A stretch of DNA of 64,000 bases from the human T2T-CHM13v2.0 reference genome, Homo sapiens: NCBI RefSeq assembly GCF_009914755.1, contig NC_060928.1, one strand, 5' to 3'. The notes under the pieces are model-generated. The model had not been told where the DNA came from, made no database searches, and worked only from the letters and a program-made list of their open reading frames with translations. The position numbers and the translations under genes were made by a program. Position 1 is the stretch's first letter. Each line of letters begins with the position of its first letter. Below are positions 36,780 through 49,886 of the stretch, in pieces.

Positions 36780-39700
36780 GTAGGGACAATCCCCCGCCCC
36801 GCGCGCGCAAAGAGGGCTTTAGTCCTGCGGAACTTGGCTTTGGGGCGAGCTTTCCCCCACTTCTCTCCGAGTCGCCTACTTTTAAGTTTAATTTCTTGAT
36901 TTGCTTTTGCCCTGAAAAAAAAAATTAGAGACGCAATTCAAAGTTTGATGACTTCGGGAAAAGTCACGTAATTCAACAAAGGGGCTCTAAAAGGGGCAAA
37001 ACTCGGGTGGGGGGAGGCGGACTTTTACAGATTCCCAAAACCAAAGACCAAGGCGTTTGTAAAGCTTGGTGTTTAATTGGTTGTGTGAAACATTTTTGCT
37101 TTTAAATCCCTAACTAATGAACTTTCAACGGTGCATGCGAACTTGAAAAAACTGCAAGAGATTTTACCTTAGATCTGTGCCCTCCTCCCCCATTTTAAGT
37201 ATGTTTTTTAATAAAAAGGAAATGGAATGTGACCTCTGCTGTTTCTTTGAAATGCCCTTGGGTCCCGGTATTTGCCCCCCAGGGGTGCTGGCGGCCTGGG
37301 CAGTGGGTAGGGGTGGGGGAAGAGGTCAGGGTGCCAGGAGGCCTCACGTAGTGAAAAGAGGGTGCCAGGTGCAAACAGTTAAATAGTCACAAACTGTTTG
37401 CTAAATATTTAATAATTAGGCAAGCATCTCCCAGCTTGGTTACTTAGGTTGCATTGACCTTGGCAGCCCTGATGAGGCGAGATTTTCACAAAGTACTGGT
37501 GAAGAATTTTTCCGGTGATAAAAGGCAAGGATCAATGCTTTTTACCCCAGCATGGCAATTGACCTTAAAAACAAAATTAAAACTCCCTGTGATGACTTAG
37601 TACATTTTATGTTACTTTCCATGGCAGCATAGATACCTGCCCCATGATGGATATTTGCCCTGTGAATTTAGAGAAAGTTTGTGCTCCAGAGGTGGTTCAA
37701 ATCATTGAAGAATAGGGCGTTTATTTTCTTCCTGTCACTATTTATGGGAAAGAATTACGGATGGTCCTTCTTGCCCTGGTTTGTGGATGTCCTTGGTGGT
37801 TGCAATCAAGCAAGCTCTTATGAGGAATAATATCTGGAGAAAAGAAGAGAAGCATTTGAGAGTTGAATGAGAAAGAAATGGAAAGCGGTTACTGCTTTTA
37901 AACATAATAGAGTCTATATTTGTTGCCTACCCCTCCCCCTTCCCCATTTAATCCTTCAGTTGATACTATTTTAGGAAGGATAAGACAGATGTTAAAGATC
38001 ATAGACCACCTTACTGGTCCCAGCTGTGAAACACTGTCAGGAGGCAGATAATTGAAACAAGGTACATAATTGAAACAATTTGAAGCTCAAAGGTAAAGTT
38101 AAGTTCTGGAGTTATTTGTATTTCCCTAAAGTGTGAAGAGTCAGCTAACAGCAAGCTGCCTGGGTCACTGAGCAGAAATGGAACAGATGCTGAGACAGGA
38201 AGGGAAGGTGTGGCTTACTTCTCTTCTTGGCCCATTCTGTGTCTATCCTCTGATCCTGCTCCGTGCATTTATTCAGCAAGTATGATCTTGGTCCTCAATG
38301 GCTCCGGAGATTTAGATAAATAATGATACCTAAAGAGAAATAGGGCCAATCTTTCCTGTGTTTCAAAGAGCTTTTTGGATATCTGGGATTGAAGACAAAA
38401 CCTTGCATACCAACTCAACACGTTCCATTATCCTAAACATGGAATGATTCCCTTGACGTCCCACCCAGACCCTCTCTGAGCCGGAAATACAACCTGGCTA
38501 AGCTCCGGCCAGAATCCATTTGCAGCCCAAGGGCAGAGCACAGGTAGGGCCGGCCCCTTTCCTCCTAGAACAGCCCGCTCTTGGTGCCCGGAAGCCCATT
38601 CACGGTGCTTCTTGGAATAGACGCCAGTTTCCAAATAATTGAATACCAGCCTTCCAGTAGCTAGGTTTCCTCTCCCTAGACTGTGTTTCACATTCCCCTA
38701 GTTACACAATTTTTCTGATAACCCTGAATCTTGGGATCTTTTACAGTCTTGGTTAAATAGTAACTAGTACCTATGTCCTGCTTTTCTTTCTTGGTCATTA
38801 GGCAGATTTTCTTTTTGGTCATTCTTTTTGGTCATTAGATTACATGCTTACAGAGAGACTTTGTAGGTGTGTAGAAAAGAGTTGAGTTAAAGGGGTCATC
38901 CTAGGGGAAGCCGACTTGGAGTCTTCACCTATGTGCAGGGTCAGATGTAGTCTTTCTCGAGTGCCTGCTCTTAACCATTGAGCCATCCTGTGTCTCTAGT
39001 TGTAGCCTTTCTTACTCTGACTGCTATTTAAGAGAATAAACTGAAAATGAAATCGCTCATCTACTTGTACCCTTTTCACCCGAGAATATCATAGTCCCAC
39101 AGAGGTTAGTTAAAATCTTCAGGACTGTAGATTATCAAATAATCCTTTCCTAAAACATACGTAAAACACCAAGCCAATGAATACGTGTCCTGAAACAGAA
39201 AATTAAAACTCTGACTGAGTGTTGTCAGGCATTGTAGAAAAGATGTTCCAGAGCTGCAATGAATATTAACAAATGACAAAAGGAATATTGTATCTCACTC
39301 AAACTTTATCAGAAGTGCTGAAGTCTGTTCTGTTCAGTGTACAAGTGGTTCTACAAAATTTAATAAAACCCTGACCTGGCCTTGGAGACATCATGTGCGT
39401 AGACCCAGAGACACCAGAGAGTCGATGAGTTTCTGGGGACACAGTCCTTGTCTTCAGAGATCCCAATATCTTGGGAGAAACCATTGAAGGATCTTAAGCA
39501 CAGCAGATCTCTATTTTAGAGAGTTCATGCAGGCTGCAATGAGAATGAAACAGGAAAGATACAACCAAGACCAAAGGCAGCTGCGGCAAAAATTTAAATT
39601 AGAGGAGAGAGAGAAGTGAACTGATTCGAAAGATAGTTAAAGAAGCACTGGTATTTAAGATTTTAACTGTAAGAACCCATTAATTGACTTGAATCTCTGA

Positions 39701-41099
39701 CGTCAATTTACATGTCATTTCAAAATACATTTTCTCTAGGTAGATAAATGTAAGCCACATTTCATTGCAATGTTCATGTGGATTCTAGTTCCTCTAGAGC
39801 TCCTCATGGTTTTTAATCACAGAAAAAGGTTTCTGATAAATAGCCAATTATATTTCACATTTTCAACAACCTAGTGCTTCTTTCTACAGACTTAAATATC
39901 TACATCTGAAGGCAAAGCTGAAGTAAACTGTTGCCCTCATATTATATACACATTCTCTGATTTAGCTTAACTCCTTCTGGGAGTAAAAACACCCTGACAT
40001 TTGATTGTTTAACACTAGTGGAAATGGACAGTAGAACAGCCTTTCTTTTTTATTGTTTTCAGTTGACCACAACATGGCCTGCTGTATGTCACAGAGAGGA
40101 CTGTATTATATTTGTAAGAGTATTAGTGACGTGTGAGAGGCTATACATAATGCCTGTGAACAAACAAAAGTCACCTTGGTTATTGACTCATTGCCGCATG
40201 CATAGCTTTTTAATACAATGTGTATTTGGATGTATTTTAAATTTATTCACTTGATCACTAGTTGTGGAGTAGATGTCTACACACAGGAGTTTTGAAATTT
40301 GATTTTGGTGTTGTTTTCCCTCATTTGATAACTGAGTATCATATATCTTGGTTATTAACGTGCAATAAATACAAAGATTTGATTCTGTATAGCTGTGAAA
40401 TAGTACTGCTTTTATTTGGTCAGATTGTCAACAACCTTAGTCCTCCAGAATATGTATTGTAACCTAGAAATGCATAAAAGAAGTCCACCTGCACCTTCAA
40501 ATTGTTGTTAAGAGTCACATACTTAAGATTCCCACTAGAACTTATTTGGCATTATTTCATTTCTGATTCCTAATGAGCTTGGCTACCTGGGTTCCTGGTC
40601 CACAGCAAGATCTACTTTATAGTTTCAATGTACAGCTCTTGTGATAAGTATGAAATGTGGTTACAGCCAAATGCTAGGCAGCAAAGACAATACAGTGAAG
40701 GTGGTCTGTGATTAAACCCTAAGTCTACAAGAAAAACATTAAATTGTGTTCAAAACTATCTGTTAGAAAGGAAGAAGTACTGCCTTTTGGTAAAAAGGAC
40801 CCTTGATCCTTTTTAGAGCTGGAAAAGAACCTTAAAAGTTACTTGGTCTAACCACCTTAATTTACAGGTGAGGAAACTGAGTCTCAAAGAGGTTAATTGA
40901 TTTGTCCAAAGTCATACAGCTGCCCATTGGAAAAACTGCTGGGACTGGAATCTCAGAGTCCCAATTCCTGGTTTAGTCATGTTCCTACTTCTGACTAAAA
41001 AGCACAAATGTTAGTACTATGAAAAACTCATTCTATATTAAGTATAATATTGTCCAAAACATAGCCACTGTTTATTGAGAAATTACTTATATATTCAGT

Positions 41100-41545
41100 A
41101 TCAGTTATCTATTGCTGTGTAACAAATCACCCCACACGTAATGGCTTAAAATAACCACCATTTATTGAGCTTGTGCTTCTGTAGATAAGCAGTTTGGGTG
41201 GGCTTGGGTGGGCAAATTACGTTCTTTTCCAGTTTCCTCCATGCATCTGTGGACACCAAGGCAGCTCTGCCTCTGAGTATTGGCGGACCATCGGCCATGT
41301 CACGTGGGGAGCAGCTGAGCCTCACGTCTTTCATGATTTAGCAGCCTAGCCTGGGTTCATCACATGTTGGCTCAACTTGGTTGCAAGAGAGAATGGAAGC
41401 AACGCCCCTTGAGGCCTAAATTCAAGCTGACACAACTCACTTCTACTCCAGTCTATTTCAAAAGCAACTCGAGAAGCCAGCTCAGATTCAAGGGGTGGAG
41501 AAATAGACCCCACTTTTTAATGGGAGGAACTGCAACGTTACATTA
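41100..41545. mobile_element. Old MaLR LTR (MLT1J/K-like)
   Basis: tcagttatctattgctgtgtaacaaatcacccca..atggcttaaaataac; agattcaaggggtggagaaatagacccc. Confidence 0.7.
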
Positions 41546-42299
41546 GAAAATGGCATGGATTCAGGGAGGGATGGAGAATCATGGCCTTTTTCACAATTTA
41601 TAATATACACCTCGTACCTTATGTAACTTGTCTAACTTAATTCTCACAATAGCACTGAAGGTTAAGGCAAAATTCCTATTTTACAGGTGAAGAAACTGAG
41701 AACCAGACGTGTTAGTCTGGATTAGGCAGGACAGATGGTGAGTGATGAATCCAACACTGGGACTTGGGTGTGTCTGACTCCAAAGCCTGTGCTCAGTACC
41801 ACGACGGAGCTCTGCCTCCCTACATAATGCTGCAGTGAAGGGTGGTGGTATTACTAAGTATTATACGGCTCAGAGTTTTGCGTGAAAAAAAAATCAAACT
41901 TTAGTAAAACTTTTTCATGATTTATATGCTAAGAGAAATATCAAACATGATTATGCCCTCAAAGAACATATGGTCTCATTTATATATGGTTGCAGTGTGC
42001 ACACATGTTATTTAAGCAATAAAATTCCAAGTAAAGAGAAGTAAGACTGGATAATCAGAGAAGCTTAATAGAGGATGAAGTGATGAGTTCAGGGGAGCCA
42101 AGAGAAAGCCCTATTTAGAATAGTATCTGTTAATATCTCAAAAGATCCTCACGTCATTTATATAAATTAAGTAATATTCCCATTATACAAGGGAAGTTAT
42201 TTGCCCTTAGTCACACAGCTAAAACCTAATCAAGATGACATTTAAACCCATGTCCATGTATCTCAAAAAACTATTCCTTTTCCATTTTTTTCCAATAAG

Positions 42300-42475
42300 C
42301 CAGTAAGCTTTGGTCCTCGAAGTGAGGTCCATGGACCAGCAGCATCATAACCATCTGGGAGCTTGTTGGAAATGCAGAGTCCTGACTTCACCTCCAGTCT
42401 ACTGAATCAGAACCTGCATTTTAACAGGATCTCCCAGATGATTGCATAACCACAGTAAATGCAGAGCCCTGCACT
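42300..42475. mobile_element. MER5A-like MITE
   Basis: ggaccagcagcatc..ctgggagcttgttggaaatgcag..ctactgaatcagaacctgcattttaacag. Confidence 0.75.
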
Positions 42476-42536
42476 AAAGGGAGCTTGGAGAAATGACTTG
42501 TATTAAGATAGGTGAAGGAGGGTGGAAGAGCTTTCT

Positions 42537-44274
42537 TTCTTTTTTTTTTTTTTTAGCTTGGTTTTTTTTTTAAATTTTATTTTATTTTAAGTTCCAGGAT
42601 ACATGTGCAGAACGTGCAGGTTTGTTACATAGGTAAACATGTGCCATGGTGGTTTGCTGCACCTGTCAACCCATCACCTAGATATTAAGCCCTGCATGCA
42701 TTAGCTATTTATCCTGATACTCTCCTCCCCCTGCCCTCCCTACGGCCCCGGTGTGTGTTGTTCCCCTCCCTGTGTTCATGTGTTCTCATTGTTCAACTCC
42801 CACTTATGAGTGAGAACATGTGGTGTTTGGTTTTCTGCTCCTGTGTTAGTTTGCTGAGGATGATGGTTTCCAGCATTATCCATGTCCCTACAGAAGACAT
42901 GATCATGCTTCTTTTTTATGGCTGTATAGTATTCTGTGGTGTATATGTGCCACATTTGCTTTATCCAGTCTGTCACTGATGGACATTTGGGTTGATTCCA
43001 CGTCTTTGCTATTGTGAATAGTGCCGCAATAAATATACATGTGCATGTATCTTTATAATAGAATTATTTATATTCCTTTGGGTATATACCCAATAATGAG
43101 ATTGCTGGGTTGAATGGTATTTCTGGTTCTAGATCCTTGAGGAATTGCCACACTGTCTTCCACAATGGTGGAACTAATTTACATTCCCACCACCAGTGTT
43201 AAAGTGTTCCTATTTCTCCACAGCCTTGCCAGCATCTACTGTTTCTTGACTTTTTAATAATCACCATTCTGACTGGTATGCTGTGGAATCTCATTGTGGT
43301 TTTGATTTGCATTTGTCTAATGATCAGTGATGAGCTTTTTTTATATGTTTGTTGGTCACATAAATCTCCTCTTTTGAGAAGTGTCTGTTCATGTCCTTTA
43401 CCCACTTTTTGATGGAGTTGTTTGGTCTTTTTCTTGTAAATTTGTTTAAGTTCCTTATAAATTCTGGAAATTAGACCTTTGTCAGGTGGGTAGATTGCAA
43501 AAATTTTCCTCCATTCTATAGGTTGCCTGTTCACTCTGATGATAGTTTCTTTTGCTGTGCAGAAGCTCTTTAGTTTAATTAGATCCCATTTGTCAATTTT
43601 GGTTTTTGTTGCAATTATTTTTGACGATTTCATCATAAAATCTTTGCCCATGCCTATGTCCTGAGTGGTATTGCCTAGATTCTCTTCTGGGGTTTTTATG
43701 GTTTTGGGTTTTACATTTAAGTCTTTAATCCATCTTGAGTTAATTTTTCTATGTGGTTTAAGGAAGGGGTGCAGTTTCAGTTTTCTGCATATGGCTAGCC
43801 AGTTTTCCCAGCACCACATATTAAATAGGGAATTCTTTCCCCATTGCTTGTTTTTGTCAGGTTTATTGAAGATCAGATGGTTGTAGATGTGTGGTCTTAT
43901 TTCTGAGGTCTCTATATCTGTGTTGGTACCAGTACCATGCTGTGTTGGTTACTGTAGCCTTGTAATATAATTTGAAGTCAGGTAGCGTGATGCCTCCACC
44001 TTTGTTCTTTCTGCTGAGGATTGTCTTGGCTGTATGGACTCTTTTTTGGTTCCATATTAATTTTAAATTAGCTTTTTTTCTAATTTTGTGAATAATGTCA
44101 ATGGTGGTTTGATGGGAATAGCATTGAATCTATAAATTACTTTGGGCAGTATGGCTATTTTCAAGATATTGATCCTTCCTATCCATGAGGATGGAATGTT
44201 TTTCTATTTGTTTGTGTCCTCTCTTATTTCCTTAAGCAGTGGTTTGTAGTTCTTCTTGAAGAGGTCCTTTACAT
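42537..44274 (-). mobile_element. 5'-truncated L1PA (about PA7-PA10), 1.7 kb, with polyA and 19-bp TSD
   Basis: ORF2 remnant 43199-43819 ([15 protein letters not shown]...); 3' UTR; TSD gagggtgga(a/g)gagctttct at 42518-42536 and 44275-44293. Confidence 0.95.
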
Positions 44275-45515
44275 GAGGGTGGAGGAGCTTTCTAGGCAGG
44301 GAGAACAGTGAAAGCTTGGACGCTGGGCTGGAATCAATGCCACAGGTATGAAAGCAAGTGGAGGGATTGCTGGACTAGAGTAGGGGTGCGTTTTTGGCAG
44401 TAAAAGGAAGTTATGTGAGACTGATGGAATCGCTGTGGAGCCTGATGAAGTCTGCTTGTTAGAAAGGTTAATCGGGCAGAACTGAGGCTGGCCTGGCAGC
44501 AGTGACCCTGGTTGTTGCTTAGGCTTTGCTGTCATTTAGCTGTCCTGTGAAGAGAACTCAGACCAAGGAAAAGATGGAGGAAATAGAGGAGAAGGATGCA
44601 ATCTGGGAGGCATTTCAAAGCACCTTCCATGGGACTCGATGCCAGATCTTCTAAGGGAATAAAGAGAGAATGTGAACATGATTCTGGACTGTCAAGTTCT
44701 GAACTGTGCCTCCCAACCTTCAGGCTGGGATGTTATCTTTGCAATTCTTTGCTACTGTAAAAGAAGGATACTTTTTGGTGATTGTGGTTTTGTTGTTTGT
44801 TTAAAGGCAGCTTCCCCCATTCCTTTTCATTATAGCAGTTTTTCAGCTTTTGCTAAGAGGTAATTCAAACATTTAAATTCCAAATCTGTATGTCCATGTA
44901 AATAGTGGGGAAATTTTTTTGGCAGGCAATTATTTGTAATGAAATAGTTCTTTATGTAGTTCTGTTTATTAGGCCTTCCCAACAACCCTGTGATATCTAT
45001 GTAGGTAGGATTATGATGATCATTTCATAGTTAAGGACACAGACTTGGAGATGTGATTCAGCCAAAACTTGAACCCAGGCCTGCTGGCTCCAAGCACAAT
45101 TCTCTATCTGTCCAACTAAAGCACTTTGCAGGTTTTCTATTTGGTCTTTGGAGGAGATTATCAAACTGATCAGTCTTTGGTTTACTTTGGTTTGACTTTT
45201 TTCATATACACTGTGCCAAATTCAGAATGATGCTTCAAAGTTTATATTGGTGGTTTGAAGTAATTATTTCATGGAGAATTGAAAATGCCTCATTAAAAAC
45301 TGATTTCCTCCCCTGCCTGATTTTCTTATTTCATTGAATCCATATGTTGATCCCAATGGCAACAAACCACACTTCAAATTTCAAATGATGTGAGCAATTT
45401 TGCCGTCCATTCCTTTGTTTCTTTGAATGATGAAAAGATTTTTATTTTTTTTCAATTCAATTTTTAAGCCTATTTCTTAAGCAACTAAGCTGAGGCTTTA
45501 AAAATGTCCATAGAT

Positions 45516-45724
45516 GAGGTCAGGAGATCGAGGCCATCCTGGCTAACACAGTGAAACCCCATCTCTACTAAAAAAATACAAAAAATTAGCCGGGCTTGGT
45601 GGCAGGTGCCTGTAGTCCCAGCTACTCGGGAGGCTGAGGCAGGGGTATGGCATGAACCTGGACTGCACTCCAGCCTAGGTGACAGAGCGAGACTCAGTAT
45701 CAAAAAAAAAAAAAAAAAAAAAAA
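45516..45724 (+). mobile_element. 5'-truncated AluY with internal deletion in the right arm
   Basis: gaggtcaggagatcgaggccatcctggctaacac; jumps gaacctgg->actgcactcc; long A-tail; TSD gtcc(a/g)tagatga. Confidence 0.88.
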
Positions 45725-47093
45725 GTCCGTAGATGACAGAATCATGACCTGGAAGGGGTCTTCAGTGGTCCAAACCCCTCATTTTATGGATAAGAAAACT
45801 GAGGCCTAAAGAGAGAATGGGACCTCTTAAAGGATCTCCCATAAGTTGGAGGTTGTTGTAGGGCTGGGACCCATGTCTATAACCTTCCTGTCCTGTGCTT
45901 TTTCACTCAACCACTTCAGAGCTGTTCCTTTCCCTGTGGCAGCGTCTCCCAGCCACTGGTGAGCAGTGTAGGGAAGTTGAAAGAGTTCACATTTTAAAGC
46001 CGCCATTACCTGGGTTTGAATCCTGGTTTGCTGGCTACCTGGCATGTGACAAACGCATTTAATGCTATAGTCATTTCCAAAGAGAATCATAAAACAGAGT
46101 TAATTGGCTAGACCGTCAAGATTGGAGTTACAATTTATCTGCATTCTCTTTTAAACTTGACAAGACAAGTTTTATGATGCTCACCAGGATTTGGTTTTGG
46201 CAAAGGAAGCCAAGTGTTCTAGGGGTGGACATAGTAAAAATGGAAGAGATCCACTGCAGCCCAGGCAGAGGCCCCACCAAGCCTGATCCCCCTGCTGTAA
46301 AATGAGTTCAGGCACTACTGTTGATGCCATGCATTCTCTGTTGGAAGATAAAACACAAGTATTTCCTGGTGCTGCAGCACAGGGCTAAATTGTGGCGCTG
46401 GGGAGGTGAGCCTGAAAACAAAGGCAGATAGAGAAGTCACAGCTCACTGGTGAGGGAGCTAGAGAGTTGTTTTCTTAATACCCTCTGCCTTTGAATCTGC
46501 CTAGATTCAAAGATTTAATGGGGCAAAAGGAGTGTTACTTTTATATAACCAAAAAAAAAAAAAACTAAAATAGCTTTAGAGAATAAAATTACTGAAACTG
46601 CAACCCTTGACAGGCAATTGCCCTTTAAGAGTTAACTAGACAAACAAGCAAAACAAGCTAACAAATACAAACTCAAGAATCCACGGCTGGAGCACATCGC
46701 AGGTCCCCTAATGGCAGGTATGACTAGGCGAGGCACAAGTACACCCGCGCCCATAAGTCAGAAATTATGAGATTCATCCTCCCAAACACAGATGACAGCA
46801 TCATATGCACATTTGTTTGCATTAAATCAGTACTCACCTCTGCAGGTGCTTACCCTCTATTCAGTTTAAGTGAGCCCTTTGGAAAGAAACTGGGTGTGGA
46901 GGTTGTATTTTCTTCCATCACTAAGCCATTTGTTCCACTGTACTTCTTGTGTAAGTCTCAAAAGAGGAGAAGCTATGGCCCACTTGGAGTCAGGCCTGGC
47001 TGCCCCAGAAGAGACGGTAATGAGGGCTGGACTCTCATCGGGTTTGAATTTTGGCTCTGCCATTTGTTGTGGGACCTCAGAAATACTTAAAAT

Positions 47094-47185
47094 TCCTGGA
47101 TTTCAGTTTCCTCATCTGTAAAACTGGGACGCTAACTACTCCTGGATTTCAGTTTTCTCATCCGTAAAACTGGGACGCTAACTAC
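47094..47185 (+). repeat. 46-bp tandem duplication of a MIR core
   Basis: tcctggatttcagtttcctcatctgtaaaactgggacgctaactac twice, 2 mismatches. Confidence 0.92.
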
Positions 47186-49556
47186 TTCCTCTAATGTGTG
47201 TCTACCTAGCACAGCCCGCCCTTAGTAAATGTTTAAATAATCTGAGTCTCAGCCTCTATGGCCTCCCATTTTCTCAAATGTAAAATACATCTGGACTAGA
47301 GCAGAATGGGAGGTACAGGATGGAAAGAAAGAATGAGGGAGGGGCTCAAACTACACACACCTTCTCCCGGCTCCCCTCGTCTTGACCTTATATAAAAGCC
47401 ACACGAAATAGCAGGAAGCTTTCAAGCTTAAACTCTTGGGATTTCCCCTGAATTTCTAACTAGAGATGTAAATTTCCTCATTATGAAATTGTCTACTTAA
47501 ATATCTGTCCAGGGATAGTTTCAAATGTTTCTAAATATACCCCAAGCATGTAAAGAACTTGTTAGGGTAAAACCTATAATCAATTCCATGTTTGTATTAG
47601 TGTGAGGCAGAGAGGATGCCAAGGACTGAATTTGAGGAAAGGAAGCAACAGTGGAGTTCACAGAGAAAGCAGAACTTATTTACATGCTGAAATGATCACA
47701 GTATAAGTAGGGAGACTAAAGAAAACTGTAAAATATGGAGAAATTAAAGCTCAAGAACGTGACCTTTTCTTGATTCTCAGTTCCATGAAGAGTTTTCAAA
47801 ATAACAAAGGTGGCATTTATAACATTTAAAAGAGAGGGCCGTGGCCTCACTTTTCATATTTAGTATATTCTCCATTCTTCATTTTGTGAATTGGAGTTTT
47901 GAAAAAATATTACTGTAAAATGTTCTTATACTGGAGGGCCCATTCCAATTAGTGAACCTAGTGCCACAAAAAGCTTTTTTTTTTTCTATCAATGTGTAGA
48001 ATAAAACCTAAATACCCTTTTATTGAACAAGCATCTGCGGAGGTCAAGCACCGTGCCAGGTGGTGAGGATACAAAGGTGAACAAAATGGACCTGGACACA
48101 ATCTTGGTGGGAGACAGGTATTGATGCAATAACCATACTGGTGTGGATGGCTTCCCTGAGGAAGGGATGTCCAGCTGGGATCCACAGGATGAGTGGACTC
48201 TTACCCGGCAAAGGGAGCCCCAGAGAGGGGAGGGCGAAGGGCATGCTGATATGGCTTGGGGGGATGGTGTTCTGAGAAATGTCTTGAGCATGAGGAGTAC
48301 CAAGAGAAGTAGACAGTAGCTTCATCCTGCAGGCCTTGCAGACCACATGCTAAAAACCAACCTCAGCTAACCTGGTCCTTCATATCTACCAGGTCCCTCT
48401 CAGTGGATGTTAAAAACTCCAGAATTTGGAGGTGGGTGAGGATAAAGAAACCATCCTCACAGCCTCAACACTTGGTCTCGGGTTCGATTCACCCTCACAA
48501 TCCAAGTTTGATTAGTAAGCAGGAATAAAAACAATCATACATCCTGTCCTGTAAGCTTGGTGAGGCCCCTCCTTCTATTCTTTTGGTTTCTCCAACTGTA
48601 TCTTCATGGAAAGTTCATGAAAGACAAATGTGACACTCTTCTAGAAGAAGAGTTGAGGTCACCTAAGAGCTTAATTTAAGCAGCAAGAATGCTTTGAACC
48701 GGCCACTGAATGAGCCATTTCTCAGAAACAAGCACTAGGAACATTAGGAAGGGTAAAAGATACTGGATTGCTGTAATCTACATTGTTGATGCAAGAGTGG
48801 GAGTGCCTCTCACTACACTATTTCTAGCCAGTCCACACTCATACAAAACTGATTTCACCAAGGAAAAATAACTTCTAACATCCATTTTGCAAACTCATAA
48901 AGTCCTTTGTGTTGAGTGGAAATAATGAGGCTAGCATACCTGTACAAGCCATCTCTGCCTTCTGATTATATTTCGTTTCTGAAATATTATATTTATATTT
49001 TGAAATATATCTGAAATATTAATGAAATATAATATCTGAAATATATTTCATTTCTGAATATATATTCCTGTTGGGGCAAGTCATTTAATCTACATCCTAA
49101 AGCACAGATTAAAAGCACACTCATAAATTCCAAACCGTCTACGCTGACATACCATAAATTAGCAAATTGCAGACAATACAACCTTATAGTTGGTGGTCTT
49201 TATTTTAAGAACAGTGAGAAGCTATTGAAGGTTTTAAACTGAGGAGTAATAAGATTTGCATCCCTGGCTGCTGTGTAGGAAGAAGGCAAGACTGGGAGAG
49301 AAGAGATCAATTAAGGGACTATTGCAGAAGAAGATGTTGATTCTCCTCTTGAATAAAGTAGAGGCAATTATAGAGTGAGAAGTGGATGGGTTCCTAGGAT
49401 AGTCAATAAGATCACCAGTACCTGGTAATGGGATAGGAAATGGGAAGTGAGGGAAGAGGTGTCAAGATTGAATATTAGGACTTGGGTATACAAGTTTTCT
49501 TGCAGTATTGTTTGTGATGAAAAAAATCCATATATCATCAACATATACAATATGTA

Positions 49557-49886
<330 letters not shown>

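Larger units (their letters stand above)
36390..36880 (+). promoter_or_regulatory. C4orf19: CpG island promoter of the downstream gene (likely C4orf19/PGCKA1)
   Basis: Only CpG-dense segment in the window; E-box CACGTG 36614-36619, CCAAT 36630-36634, GC boxes; gene name from recalled synteny with NWD2 on 4p14. Confidence 0.75.

Noticed and set aside
36214-36928. 198-aa (-) and 168-aa (+) ORFs with poly-Arg/Ala across the CpG island
   Set aside because: GC-rich DNA lacks stop codons; the starts are non-ATG, the translations are low-complexity readings of the CCG tract, and no domain is recognisable
37270-37292. CTCF-like motif (also near 36160)
   Set aside because: Only partial matches in GC-rich sequence; cannot be supported without ChIP data
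43199-43819. 206-aa ORF
   Set aside because: Decayed L1 ORF2 remnant of a 5'-truncated element, not a gene
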